A stretch of 38,945 bases of DNA from Octopus bimaculoides. Taxonomy: Eukaryota. The position numbers and the translations under genes were made by a program. Below the pieces are notes generated by a model, which was not told where the DNA came from, ran no database searches, and worked only from the letters and a program-made list of their open reading frames with translations. This document shows positions 11,898-23,420 of this stretch, one piece after another; the first letter of the stretch is position 1, and every line of letters begins with the position of its first letter. Location: contig NC_068982.1 of assembly GCF_001194135.2 (NCBI RefSeq), positions 134,816,036 to 134,854,980 on the forward strand, written 5' to 3'.

Positions 11898-13150
11898 GCG
11901 CTCCGATATAGGTAAGATCAGCAAAATTATACTCGATCGAATAACATCCCAACTTCCCACCACATCTACATTAAAACTCTGGACCAAAATCACTGAAACT
12001 ATCCAGTGGTTCAATTCTCTATCCCCCAAGCACACCTTTAAATTCATACAAGTCGACATTAATCAATACTACTCCAGCATATCTCCTATCCTTCTAAATA
12101 AGACCCTAATTTTCGCCAAAAGACATTCCAACCTACCTCGCGACTGTATTGATATAATATTAGAAGTCCACCGAACTATCATATTTTTCAATGGGAAATC
12201 CTGGGCCCGCAAGGATACCCCTAACGTTTTCGACATCCCCATGGGGGCCAGTGATTCCACCCAAGTGACGGACCTTCTAGGGCTTTACCTACTTAACGGT
12301 CTTCATGAACAATTCTCTACTGTCTCCGGTGGTCTATACAGGCACGACGCTCTGTTTGCAATCCAAAATTCTAGCAACCGGAAAATCAGATTAAAAAAAG
12401 ATTAAGAAGATATTTTTAAAACGTTGGCCTTAGCATCTTCTGTAACAACGTTAAAACTGCTAATTTCTTAGACGTAACGCTGGACTTGCAAAACCAAACC
12501 TTCTACCCATACCACAAACCTGGGGAAAACTTCCTCTACGTGAACTTCTCCTCCAACCCCTTTATTGTGGAAAGCGTTTCCTATCGGATTTCCTCACTAT
12601 CTGCTAATAAGGATTTATTCTATTAATATGCTGAATATTACAATTATGCCCTACAACGTGCCGGATATAAAATCTCAATCGAATACATCACCATGTGGGT
12701 TATTCCTTTCTCCAGTAAACCCGGAACTGAGAATAGTTCTGCACCCCCATACAGTAAACGTAAAATTCCCCTATCCCACCCCTCCAATACCCGTCCAAAT
12801 TTCAGAGTAACAGACGACCTAGCAAACAACCCTTCTACCAGATGACCCCAAATCCTATATACATCACAACTCACCGAAACAGACAACAGCGTACACTTCC
12901 AAAACCCTATCTCCACCCAGTTCACCCCACTAATCGGATTAGATGAACTAGAACCCGGGACGTATCTGGTTTCATCCCTACTTCGCCCTTAATGTTCAGA
13001 CTCAGTACTCAAACTCTTCTTCGCCCTACTCGTAAAACATTTCCCTCAATCTAGTCCTTTAGAAAAACATTTAACCCCAATCTATAAAATTGTCCTACTC
13101 CCCCACCACCAACATTGCCAGAGTTATCCGACATCTTAATAATAAGAAAC
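11896..13150 (+). pseudogene. PLE reverse transcriptase and thumb, frameshifted, catalytic YRDD changed to YRHD
   Basis: SDIGKISKIILDRI, DINQYYSSI, FDIPMGASDSTQVTDLLGLYLL, GLYRHD (12331-12348), NFLDVTLDL, YPYHKP, ALQRAGY, IWFHPYF, KHFP, KLSYS.TTNI; in-frame TAA/TGA stops and frameshifts. Confidence 0.92.
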
Positions 13151-13527
13151 TCAGAAATCCACAGCCAGCTAACAACCTGCACCCTATATTAACTGAACGT
13201 AACCGTCAGCTCCATACATACAAGCCCAGAACACCAATTAACTCCCTTAACAACACTAACTCTCATAACTCCAACTATTATTCCACTACTAACACCCAAC
13301 CCTTAAATTTACCACAGCGCCCAACTATACCTCTTGTAAAAATAGAGAATGACACAGAAGTTAACATCGGGTACTATAGTTATCATATTATAAAACCCCA
13401 GAACACCACCCTCAACTCCTTAACAAATATTAATCTTAACGCCAGCGATAATGATGAACCTAATACTGATTCCTCACTAGATAGCAATCCCCTCACAAGT
13501 TCAGCTGAAACACTCCCTACAAACCTA

Positions 13528-13941
13528 TGCAGCGGCAGACGCTCAACCTCATGTCCTTTAGATGATCGCTGTGTCACAAAATGCATCGTTTATAAGTGCA
13601 CAGTATCAATTGCCAACTGTAACTACATATATATCAGCTCATATAGCACCACCTTCAAAGCTAGAGTGAGCAACCACTACTCCAGTTTCAAGTCCCAAAC
13701 AAAATCGAATAGTACATCGTTATCTCAGCTTATCAATGAACTGAAGTTTGATCCAACTCCTTACAATCTCAAGTGGTCCATAGTCACCTACACCAAGCCA
13801 TACAGCAGTTACAATAAGTGTGATCTCTGCATAGCCGAAGTCATCGCTATTTTGCAATCCACAGATTGTCTTAATAAATGCAGCAGTATAATTTTTACCT
13901 GCAAACATCGATCACAAAATCTCTTCTCAAAATGCAAATAA
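13528..13941 (+). pseudogene. PLE C-terminal GIY-YIG endonuclease
   Basis: CSG..SCPLDDRC, IVYKCTV, YI, FKARVSNHYSSF, TSLSQLINELK, KWSIV, CDLCIAE, LNKCS, CKH at the end of ORF 13090-13941. Confidence 0.9.
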
Positions 13942-14562
13942 CAACTCTACCCTGCTTTTCCCTCAACCTTCATAAGCTTTCCCTCTTATCTACTCTCACT
14001 ACCACTATATATTAACCAACAATATATCTTCCTTTAGTTCCTTATTGCCATTTACATACATCTCTCTGTATTTTTCTTTACCTTAAATTTTTTTTTCTTT
14101 TTCTCTTATTTCAACTGACTCCCCCTCCCTTCATAAGTGCATACACCAACATACCCCCTCTACTACTTCATACTGTAAACACACTCGCTGCACACAATAT
14201 ACAATTGAAAACCAGTAATAGCCGCCACTATTCTTCCCCATTCTTTCTTGCTTCCTTCATGCATATATATTTTTTCTCCCCCTTGACCTCAAACATTTCT
14301 CCACCATCTTCCCTCCATATTATTTTTCTAATACCACTCCCCTTGCTAATTTCTGTAATTCGGTCAAAACAGGCCTTTTGAATACCACCGGTCTAATGAC
14401 TGTGCTTAAATTCTTCATTCTTTTCACTACTTTATATTTTCTTCTTTTTTCCTTCTTTTAATACTTATTCATCTCTACATTAATATTCTTCTCTCCTTCT
14501 GTGCTCTCTTCACATTCTGATTGAATATTCCATGCGTTAACATGTAACACCTTGCGGCAATG

Positions 14563-14651
14563 TAAACTTTCATTTAATCAAGATATCCTTGACCTGAAGA
14601 GTAGCCTGTGGTATACACCTCGCTTGTATATTTTTACTACTTCTGAGGTTC
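14563..14651 (+). repeat. 3' pLTR carrying the 5' half of the hammerhead (CTGAAGA at 14594-14600), truncated
   Basis: AAACTTTCATTTAATCAAGATA matches 23163-23184; TGACCTGAAGAGTAGCCTGTGGTATACACCTCG matches 23305-23337. Confidence 0.88.
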
Positions 14652-14656
14652 TGGAA

Positions 14657-14736
14657 GTTGAACTCAGAACGTAAAAACAGACGAAATACCGCTAAGCATT
14701 TCACCCGGCGTGCTAACGTTTCTGCCAGCTCGCCGC
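14657..14736 (-). mobile_element. SINE family C head fragment
   Basis: Reverse complement GCGGCGAGCTGGCAGAAACGTTAGCACGCCGGGTGAAATGCTTAGCGG..CTGAGTTCAA. Confidence 0.85.
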
Positions 14737-14739
14737 ACT

Positions 14740-14741
<2 letters not shown>

Positions 14742-14796
<55 letters not shown>

Positions 14797-14812
14797 ATAT
14801 ATATATATATAT
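14742..14812. repeat. (TG)n(TA)n microsatellite
   Basis: Direct reading. Confidence 0.95.
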
Positions 14813-15440
14813 AAGTGTATATATTGTTTTAGTAATATTTTTCGATAACTTCTGTCATGGAAAAGGCGCATTATTCGTTGAAATTTTAGTAATTTGTTTA
14901 AACCTAATTAAAAATATATAAAAGATAATGCGATGATTTATTGACATATGATTCGTATGTCATAACGTCCTAAAGTCTAAATATTTGTAAATTGTCAATA
15001 TTTAAATTAGAATTGATTGCTTATATATTTAGAACTTCCGCATCCATAAAACATAATGAATTTATGTCATAAACTCATGTCGTTCATCAGAAAGATATGT
15101 TGCACAGGCAATAATTAAGGTCAACGTATTAAGTGTCATTCAGCTATTTGTGTTCAGGCGAAATTTTTGACTGTGTCTCAGTGTTAGAAAGGATAATTGA
15201 TGACATGTTAATTTTTCCACAGATCATAGAACAAAATATTCGGTGGGTCTGAGTTACGTCTATTAACCTCAGCGATCAAGCCTCGCCATTGTTAGTTTTC
15301 GCTATCATTCTTCATACGTTGATAAAATAAATACTTGTTCAATTATGGGGTAGAATTAATGAAGTATATGCTGTCTATAAAAAGTCGTGATTATGTATTT
15401 AAATTAGAAATCATTACTGCCGCTACTACAAAGGTGTCCA

Positions 15441-15838
15441 GCTGGATGAACCGTTGTTTGCACACCATACAAAATGCTTAGCCGTATTTCATCCCTCTTT
15501 GTGTTCTGAGCTCAAATTCTGCCACCGAGGTTGACTTTGCCTTTTATCCTTTCGAGGTCGATAAAACAAATACCAGTTAAGTACAAGGGTCGATATACTC
15601 GACTCCTTGTTTCCCCACCAAAAACACTGCTGGCCCTGTGCCAAAATTTGAAACTATTTTTATTGATTTTACTTACGGTGGTAAGCTGGCAGAAACGTTA
15701 GCACGTCGGGCGAAATGCTTAGAAGCACTTTTGGCTCGATACGTTCTGTGTTCAAATTCCACCGAGGTCGACTTTGCCTTTTATGCTTATTTCGACCCAC
15801 TCTTCCATAAAATTGGTGGCCTTGTGCCAAAATTATAA
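15441..15838 (+). mobile_element. Two tandem SINE family C copies (~15441-15655 and ~15677-15838)
   Basis: Both carry CCGAGGTYGACTTTGCCTTTTAT and GGCCYTGTGCCAAAATT; the second has an internal deletion. Confidence 0.85.
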
Positions 15839-17079
15839 AGAATTATGGTTGTTATTACTCTCAAGGAAGTTAGAACTTTTAAATGTGTCGGACGCTAACG
15901 AACAGACATGCACACACAAAAAGTTACTTGAAAACTATTTCATTTCAAAAGCAGGAAAAATATAATTTTCTCTTATTCCCTAACAGTAGCAACCAATTGC
16001 CTCACTTCATCATCCTGTGACAAGAAAGAGATAATGACTGCAGAGGGAAGTACGTAAAGTGTTGGGGGGAAATAGATAAGGGAAAAGAGAAGAAATATTC
16101 ACGTAAATAGAAAAACAACGCAACTGAAATAGGTAGGGAGGAACAATCTTCTGAAAACAACAATGAAACATCTCTTTATTATAATGAAGAGGAAGAAGAA
16201 CTGAGATTTCCGTCTTGTGGAAATCAAACTGATAACTGATAGGTAAAATACCGTTTTCTATGGTGCCATGGATATCCTGATATCTATGGTGCCATGGATA
16301 TTCCGATAAGGTAAAAATAACAGAATCGCAGTTGAGTTTGGAACATTAAGAATTACGCAAAAGGCAGGTAAAAACAAAAGAAAGATGTATCATAACGAAC
16401 TGAATCAGTCCTACCGTGGAAATATGGGTGTTTATCTATCTTTATGAGCACATGACAACAATGAGAGACGAGTACAGACGTGGACATCTTTAACTGGACC
16501 TAGCCAGTGGCTTTTCCTATCGTGCATGAACGAAAATACTTTTCATGTTTTATTTCCTGTAATTATACCGTGTTTTAATTATTGTGTTCTAACGTACATT
16601 TTATTTATTCGCCGCATTTGATTTTTATATATTTTATTTATTCCTTGCATCTGTAATTTATAAATTTAATTTGTTCATTAATATTTTCTATAATGTGTTT
16701 CACCGCCCTCCTCGTCTTTGTACAATTCTTCTGTTCTGTCGGACACATACTTGTAAACCTCTCTACTTTATGTTTCCTCGAAATTAAGTATATTTTCAAT
16801 TTAATTATCGTTTTCTTTTTAATGAGGAAATCAAGAGAAATACATCGACACTTAGTCTCGAATACATTTTCTTACAACTTTTAATTTTAAAATAAGAACT
16901 AATTTTTTAATGAAATAATTTTCTATTATTTTTTCTCTATGTATGTATGTATGGTGTGCGTGTATATGTATGTGTATGTATTTGTGTGTATTACGTATAG
17001 TGCACAGCACAGTTGGCATTTGAAAGTTGTAGCTTATTTAGTAGTAACAGTAATAAACCTTTCTTCTATAGACGCAAGG

Positions 17080-17487
17080 TCTGAAATTGTGGAGGGAGGG
17101 AGTTCATTGATTACATCGATCCCAGTGCTCATTTGGTACTCATGTTATCGGCCCCGAAAGGATGTTTGACAGAATGTGAACTCAGAACATGAAAACGGAC
17201 GAAATGCCGCTATGCATTTTGTCCAGAGCGTTAACGATTCTGCCAAATACGCACCTTAGTGGTAATAATAACAATGATTTCAAATTTTGGTACAAGGCCA
17301 GAAATTTCGGGGTAGAGAGTAAGTCGATTACATCGACCCCTGTATTTGACAGGTGTTTGTTTTATCGACCCCGAAATGAGGAAAGATAAAGTTGTCCTTG
17401 GCAGAATTTGAACTCAGGACGTAAAAATGGACGAAATGCTTTTAAGTATTTTACTAGGCATGCTAACCATTCTACCAGCTCGTTGTC
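17080..17487 (-). mobile_element. Two tandem SINE family C copies (~17080-17255 and ~17278-17487)
   Basis: (A/G)(C/T)CCCGAAA, TGAACTCAG and GGACGAAATGC motifs repeated twice. Confidence 0.85.
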
Positions 17488-18384
17488 TTAAGTAATAATA
17501 GTTAATAGTTACATAACCTAGGTTTTACGGGTGGGGTATAGGCCATAGAACCTACTCAACAATTCAATTGGTAATTATTTTATCAATTCAAGAAGGCTGA
17601 CAGCTAAGATGACTATGGCGAGGTTTGATCGTTGAAGCTAAAATAGACGCAACACAGCAGCAGATTATTTTCCCCCCAAGCTCTGTGGATTAATTGCCAT
17701 GCCACCATTTTAATAAATAATATTTTGAACATAAGAACGCAATTAGAACAATGGATGAACACTAATACTTTTCTGATATTTATCAGACAACCTCAGTTAC
17801 ATTATGTGTTCGACATATCTTTGTGAGAACAATCATTTTTGTGACGTGAATAGCTTTATATTTATCTTTGTTGCAAATATTTCATTAACCTGAGGCTAAA
17901 TTTTGTAGGTTATATATAATCTGTAAATTCTGATTTATGCTTTAACGCTTTAAGACTTTAAAACATTATGACAAGTGATTCAAATTTCAATAAATCATTT
18001 TCTGTTTTTACATATTTCTTTGAAAAATATAAAAGTTTTGACGAATATTCCGCCATTTCTTGCGATGAATATGTTTACGGTTGTCAACTCATAACCTACT
18101 TCTCGAGGAAAGTGAGTACGTTTTGAGCTGACTAACTTTCGTTATTTTTGCCTCTTCATACTACTATGTATACACGTAATTTCCTCTGTGTGTGTGTGTA
18201 TGTGTGTGTGTACATATAGATATGTATAAATAAACTGACAAACATGCAGACATTCCATGATACATACATATGCATGACTCTTAAAGGTCAACAAGTAACA
18301 TTTATTGTGAATAAAATTCCAGTGGAGCTTTCTTTGGTCAGAAATAAATCATTCCGTCTTTTACGAAAAATTCTAATAAACATT

Positions 18385-18447
18385 CACACACACACACACA
18401 TACATATATATATACATACATATATATATATATACATACATATATAT

Positions 18448-18480
<33 letters not shown>

Positions 18481-18569
18481 CATACATACATACATATATA
18501 CATACATACATACATACATATATACATACATACATACATATATACATACATACATACATACATATATAC

Positions 18570-18600
<31 letters not shown>
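18385..18600. repeat. (CATA)n/(TA)n microsatellite
   Basis: Direct reading; runs into gap 18601-18625. Confidence 0.95.
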
Positions 18601-18625
18601 NNNNNNNNNNNNNNNNNNNNNNNNN

Positions 18626-18743
18626 AGTTTCCGTCTACCAAATCCACTCACAAGGCTTTGGTCAGCCCGAGGCTATAGTAGAAGACACCTGCCCAAGGTG
18701 CTACGCAGTGGGACTGAACCCGGAACCATGTCGTTGGTAAGCG
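18626..18743 (-). mobile_element. SINE family A 5' half
   Basis: Reverse complement aligns with 3815-3935 (ACATGGTTCCGGGTTCAGTCCCACTGCG..CACCTTGGGCA). Confidence 0.9.
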
Positions 18744-18884
18744 ACTAACATACAATCATGGTTATGAGCGTCTGAACCTTTACTCGTTCTTTGAGGCACG
18801 CAAAAATACTCCTCGACTCATATGCCCAGAAATTTGAAACCAAACACGGATATTCCGAACGGAAACTGGGAGAATAGAACGGCC

Positions 18885-19024
18885 CATACATACATACATA
18901 CATACATACATACATACATACATACATACATACATACATACATACATGCATACATACGTACATACATACATGCATACATGCATGCATGCATACATACGTA
19001 CATACATACATACATACATACATA
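18885..19024. repeat. (CATA)n microsatellite
   Basis: Direct reading. Confidence 0.95.
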
Positions 19025-19964
19025 CCCTGTTGTTGTTGAAATTCAAATGAAAGAGCTTTGGATCTAGGTTAGGAACCGGTTCTTTCTCTATTGGCAAGAC
19101 ATCTTGAAATACGCTGAATAATGACATACATACATTTGAAATTATGCAGATATGTTAGGATAATAGCTGTCTGGTATAAAGAGAATGAAGTGTAAAGGAA
19201 GAACATTTTAATATAGAGCTTTTCAGGATTCGATGAGAAAAGAAAACGCTTTCTAGTCGAGATGTATACAGATGTAGTATATCTGTATAAATTTGTAGAT
19301 GAATAAATTTATAAGTCTGCACCGTGGTGAGAGTGTAAATAGTCTGATATTTAAAGAATTTCATAGTCTTATATATGCGTGGCATAGTTCTCTCCGAATA
19401 TTTTTAAGGAAAGAAGGTTAACAGAAAATTTTGCGTGCCTTTCTGCTGTACACAGGCTGCATGGTTCATTACCTTATTCAAGATAAATTTTTGATAATTT
19501 TTTTTACCTCAGGTTTCGTTCTGTATTCATGATTTAGAATTCAGATGTCACTTCTTCAAAGAGGGCTTCTCCGCGTGTTTATTTTCTCTAAGTAGTTAAA
19601 CTAAAGTATGTGGGTATGGTCGTAATCACAGTCGTTCTCCTGATAATACAACCAGTGTATGCTTATTCTGAGGGGTCCAAAGAATAGTGTTACTAACCAT
19701 ATTTTTTCTTTCGAACAATGTCCAGAAAATCGTACCTTGGGTTATATTATCTAATGTGTTCTTTCTTTTCTAAAGATGGTAAGGTGAGATTTGAAGGAGA
19801 TTCGGCTGCTATTTCTGACAGGCAGAGTATGTAAACCTTCCATCCGTAGAACAGTGAGGTAGAATAAGCTGAATTTTTTAAAAGTACCAGTCCATTTGTT
19901 TCTAGTCTCAACCATACCTTACTTCTTTCATTCTTTTGGCGCATTGACAGAATCATTCGAGTAC

Positions 19965-20140
19965 CTAAAAAATTGCTTTGTGTGTGTATTTTTACTTTTC
20001 TGAGTTCAAATCCAGCCGAGATGAATTTTTCCTTTCATCCTTTCGTGGTCGATAAAATAAAACACCAATTTTGCACTAGAGTCAATGGTATCCTCTAAAG
20101 CCTTCCCCCAAAATTACTGGCCTTGTGACTAAATTAGGAA
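19965..20140 (+). mobile_element. SINE family C, diverged
   Basis: TTCTGAGTTCAAATCC, CCTTTCATCCTTTCGTGGTCGATAAAATAA, GGCCTTGTG. Confidence 0.8.
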
Positions 20141-20675
20141 TGAATATCTTGTTTTAGATGCTGATAGTTAACATAAGTTTCACCAACCAAATTTTATACT
20201 TCAGGATATCTAGCTTGGTACCTCATATCATGGAATGGATTTCAACTTTGCCAATCTACACAAACATAAATCATAAAACACTTGTTGAAATATAAAGAAT
20301 AAGGAGACATTCACGTATCTTAAAAGAAGCAAAACGAAATGGTCCACTGGAGTGTGGTATTTGACTGCCAGCTCAAAGATCCCTTGCATATTTAGGCAAC
20401 TCATATGCTTCAGTTTCCTTAAGTATCATAAGCATAATGCATCACCACCCTTTAAAAAAATAACCAGTGATTGATTGATCGGTGACCAAAGTGAAGATTT
20501 TATGCCCATTATATTAACACCATAAACCGAACCAACACAGTGGTTTTTAAAACGTATCCGGGACCAAGGAAAGTAATTTATATCTATAATACATATTAAA
20601 AACTTGTAAAATTTGGACAGTTCTGCTTTCGAGTCATAGATGAAAGTATGGATGACATTTTAAAGTATTAAAGGC

Positions 20676-21218
20676 TTTTTCTGTAGTTTCAGCTCATAGC
20701 TGCGGCCATGCACCGCCATTTTGCTACACTCTTATTACTGAGAGCCTCCTCCAATATGTGGCACTTGGTGAAGAATGGAGTTTGATGTATCTACCCTAAT
20801 TTACACCTCTTGCCGTGAGGTAGGTTCATCTGGGACTCTCGACAGGAAGAGGTCCAGCTCTGATTTTTAAATGCCTGCATCTACTTTGTGCAGGTTCCTC
20901 AAGCTCTTTGGGAGAATATTAAGAAGCTGTGGGCCCCTGAAACCCAGGCTGTTGCAGTAACTGGTCCTGAAGCGCGATGGCATTGCGGGGATCTTTGGCA
21001 CTATGCAGTGTCGTCCCGTTCTGGCATTGGTGTAGCTTTCAATGCCAAAATTTGGCACAATTCCTTCCAGGATCTTCCAGATTACTGCATACCTCTCCCA
21101 CCTTCTCTCCAGGGAGTAGAGTCTTAGCTGTTTCAGCCTTTCCCAGTATCTGAGCAGTTGCAATGAGACGATCTTCTTTGTGAATCTTCTCTGGATTGCT
21201 TCAAGGTCTGCTTCAAGG
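20676..21218 (-). mobile_element. 3' fragment of a CR1/L2-group LINE (ORF2 C-terminus plus 3' UTR)
   Basis: LEAIQRRFTKKI..LLRYWERLKQLRLYSLERR..WKILEG..RTGRHC..FRGPQLLNILP..K.ELDLFL..VPDEP, then a short 3' UTR. Confidence 0.85.
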
Positions 21219-22645
21219 CTTACAAAATTATTATTTTTCAGACAAGGTTATAGAGTTCATTTTTATCAACTGAAAATAATCTCGGTTATTTAAAGAAAGA
21301 AATATTTAAAGTATGCAATGTATTGAACCTATTCAGACTAATGCGGTACTCTATAGGTGTGACGGCTGTAAATAATACTCATATTAATATATCGATTCGT
21401 TTCAGTCTTTATTATTGTCTAAATATCGATTTTATAATAGTCAGAAGGACGCCGTTATTTATTTAGTCGTAATGGAATGTTGTCACAATCACCCCCTTCC
21501 TTTGTCTACGTAAAAGGACTGAAATTATAATCTGGAAACCTAACTGAGTTGACGAATCGGCTGTAAATTTGGAATGTTCAACTACTTGATATTTTTGTGG
21601 TGAGATGCAAGATTTCAGGTTCATCCAAGAAGAAAGATAAAGTGTTAACTCGTTATTTTTCAGGGAGACATTTGTAGTTTATATGTAATAAAAACCGTTT
21701 TATTCAAGTATCGAAACGAAATCGTGGATTTGACTTGCAAGCAGCATTATCGGGATAATAAATATTTTTGATAAGATCCTAGACCAGTTCATCATATGAG
21801 TAGTGTAATTGACTGAATCTAAATGGTGTATAATTTATCGACCCTTACAACTGAAAGTTATAGTAAACCTAAATAAAGTTGGAAGTGAATATTAGAAAAG
21901 AATGGCATTAAACAACTCCGAATTCGTTATTATACAATCGAGAATATCTTCACTGCTTCTTGTGATATAAATTAGTGATGTTATAAATTCGAAGAAGTTT
22001 TCGTGAATAGAAATACAGAACACGTATTTTTCAATGCAGAACTTTGATAATAATTGGTTTCACTCTCGGTTATTGAATAGAGACCAAATTTAATGCTAGC
22101 GAGCAGCTTCATTGATGGTTTGAATATATAGAAAGTAGGAATTGGTCTTAAGTGGATATGGAGGACTGAGCCATTATCTTGGTCAGTTAAGGCTTTTAGT
22201 ATTGAAAATATGATACATATATTGTAATCGATTTTAATAGCACCAATTTATAATAAAGAAATCTATAAAATGTGTTGTTGCTAAGAGGCAGTCTATTCGA
22301 GCAAGAGGCTCATTGACTTTTGTGAAGAAACTGTGAACCCTCAAATTGTAAAATAATTTAGGATATTTTAAGAATTATGGAATTTTATTTTTACTGATAT
22401 TGTTCGTTGTATATGCGTGTTTGTTTGTTTGTGTGTGTGTGTGTGTGTGTGTATATATACATACACACACACACATGTATATATATAATAATAACATTAG
22501 GGATAAAAATCCAAATTTACAGGTAAAAATTCAATTAAATTCAATTTATCAAAAATTAAAATTAGATTAAGTTTCACAGTATATAATATGTGGATTTTCA
22601 TGGAAGAGTTCATGAACTTTGGTTCTTTTCTCTAAATTATATATT

Positions 22646-22943
22646 TGTTGTTGGCACTCCGTCGCTTACGACGTCGATGGTTCCAGTTGATCCGATCAAC
22701 GGAACAGCCTGCTCGTGAAATTAACGTGCAAGTGACTGAGCACTCCACAGACACGTGTACCCTTAACGTAGTTCTCGGGGATATTCAGCGTGACACAGTG
22801 TGACAAGGCTGACCCTTTGAATTACAGGCACAACAGAAACAGGAAGTAAGAGTGAGAGAAAGTTGTGGTGAAAGAGTACAGCAGGTTCACCACCATCCCC
22901 TGCCGGAGCTTCGTGGAGATTTAGGTGTTTTCGCTCAATAAAC
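22646..22943 (-). mobile_element. tRNA-derived SINE family B, 3' portion (cut by gap)
   Basis: Nearly identical to 35744-36042. Confidence 0.92.
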
Positions 22944-23154
22944 NNNNNNNNNNNNNNNNNNNNNNNNNNNNNNNNNNNNNNNNNNNNNNNNNNNNNNNNN
23001 NNNNNNNNNNNNNNNNNNNNNNNNNNNNNNNNNNNNNNNNNNNNNNNNNNNNNNNNNNNNNNNNNNNNNNNNNNNNNNNNNNNNNNNNNNNNNNNNNNNN
23101 NNNNNNNNNNNNNNNNNNNNNNNNNNNNNNNNNNNNNNNNNNNNNNNNNNNNNN

Positions 23155-23420
23155 TTATATATAAACTTTCATTTAATCAAGATACCCTTAAACACATCGA
23201 AGGCTGTCCTTGGGACTCGAACCTGCATCTCTTGTAGCCATCAGAACGTGTGGGCTCGAGTTTTCTATCTAAAGAGGTTTTATAACCCAATATCTATATA
23301 CCTTTGACCTGAAGAGTAGCCTGTGGTATACACCTCGTCTGGATATTTACCACTTCAGAGGTTTCGCTCGCTGTGAAACATATGTAGCCCGGATCTTATC
23401 TACTCCATTCCTTAACGTCT
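23155..23420 (+). mobile_element. Solo pLTR of the same Naiad-type family
   Basis: Matches both 14563-14651 and the reverse complement of 11803-11897; no adjacent ORF visible (gap immediately upstream). Confidence 0.85.
23296..23400 (+). ncRNA. Type I hammerhead ribozyme (PLE-associated), predicted
   Basis: CTGAAGA 23309-23315; stem II GTAGC 23316-23320 / GCTGT 23370-23374; GAAA 23375-23378; palindromic ACATATGT stem III; GTA triplet 23384-23386; imperfect stem I. Confidence 0.75.

Larger units (their letters stand above)
11803..14651 (+). mobile_element. 5'-truncated Penelope-like retroelement (Naiad-type) with inverted 5' pLTR
   Basis: RT and GIY-YIG motifs in order, CT-rich 3' UTR, pLTR at 14563-14651 and inverted partial pLTR at 11803-11897. 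PLE identity is strong; the Naiad clade call rests on recalled motif patterns. Confidence 0.9.

Noticed and set aside
12843-12845. In-frame TGA as selenocysteine (some Naiads are reported to encode selenoproteins)
   Set aside because: It lies in a low-complexity linker rather than at a conserved Cys, the element also has TAA stops and frameshifts, and I saw no SECIS-like stem in the 3' UTR.
16258-16308. Small tandem duplications (26 bp here; 12-mer array at ~8430-8468; 17-bp period at ~29973-30005)
   Set aside because: Ordinary slippage duplications with no further structure.
18244-19127. MYVC/HTYI-repeat ORFs (also 37444-38100)
   Set aside because: Translations of (CATA)n microsatellites.
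21950-22300. Faint PLE thumb-like translation on the minus strand (DNGSVLHIHLRP..LASIKFGL)
   Set aside because: Too degenerate to support without a profile search.
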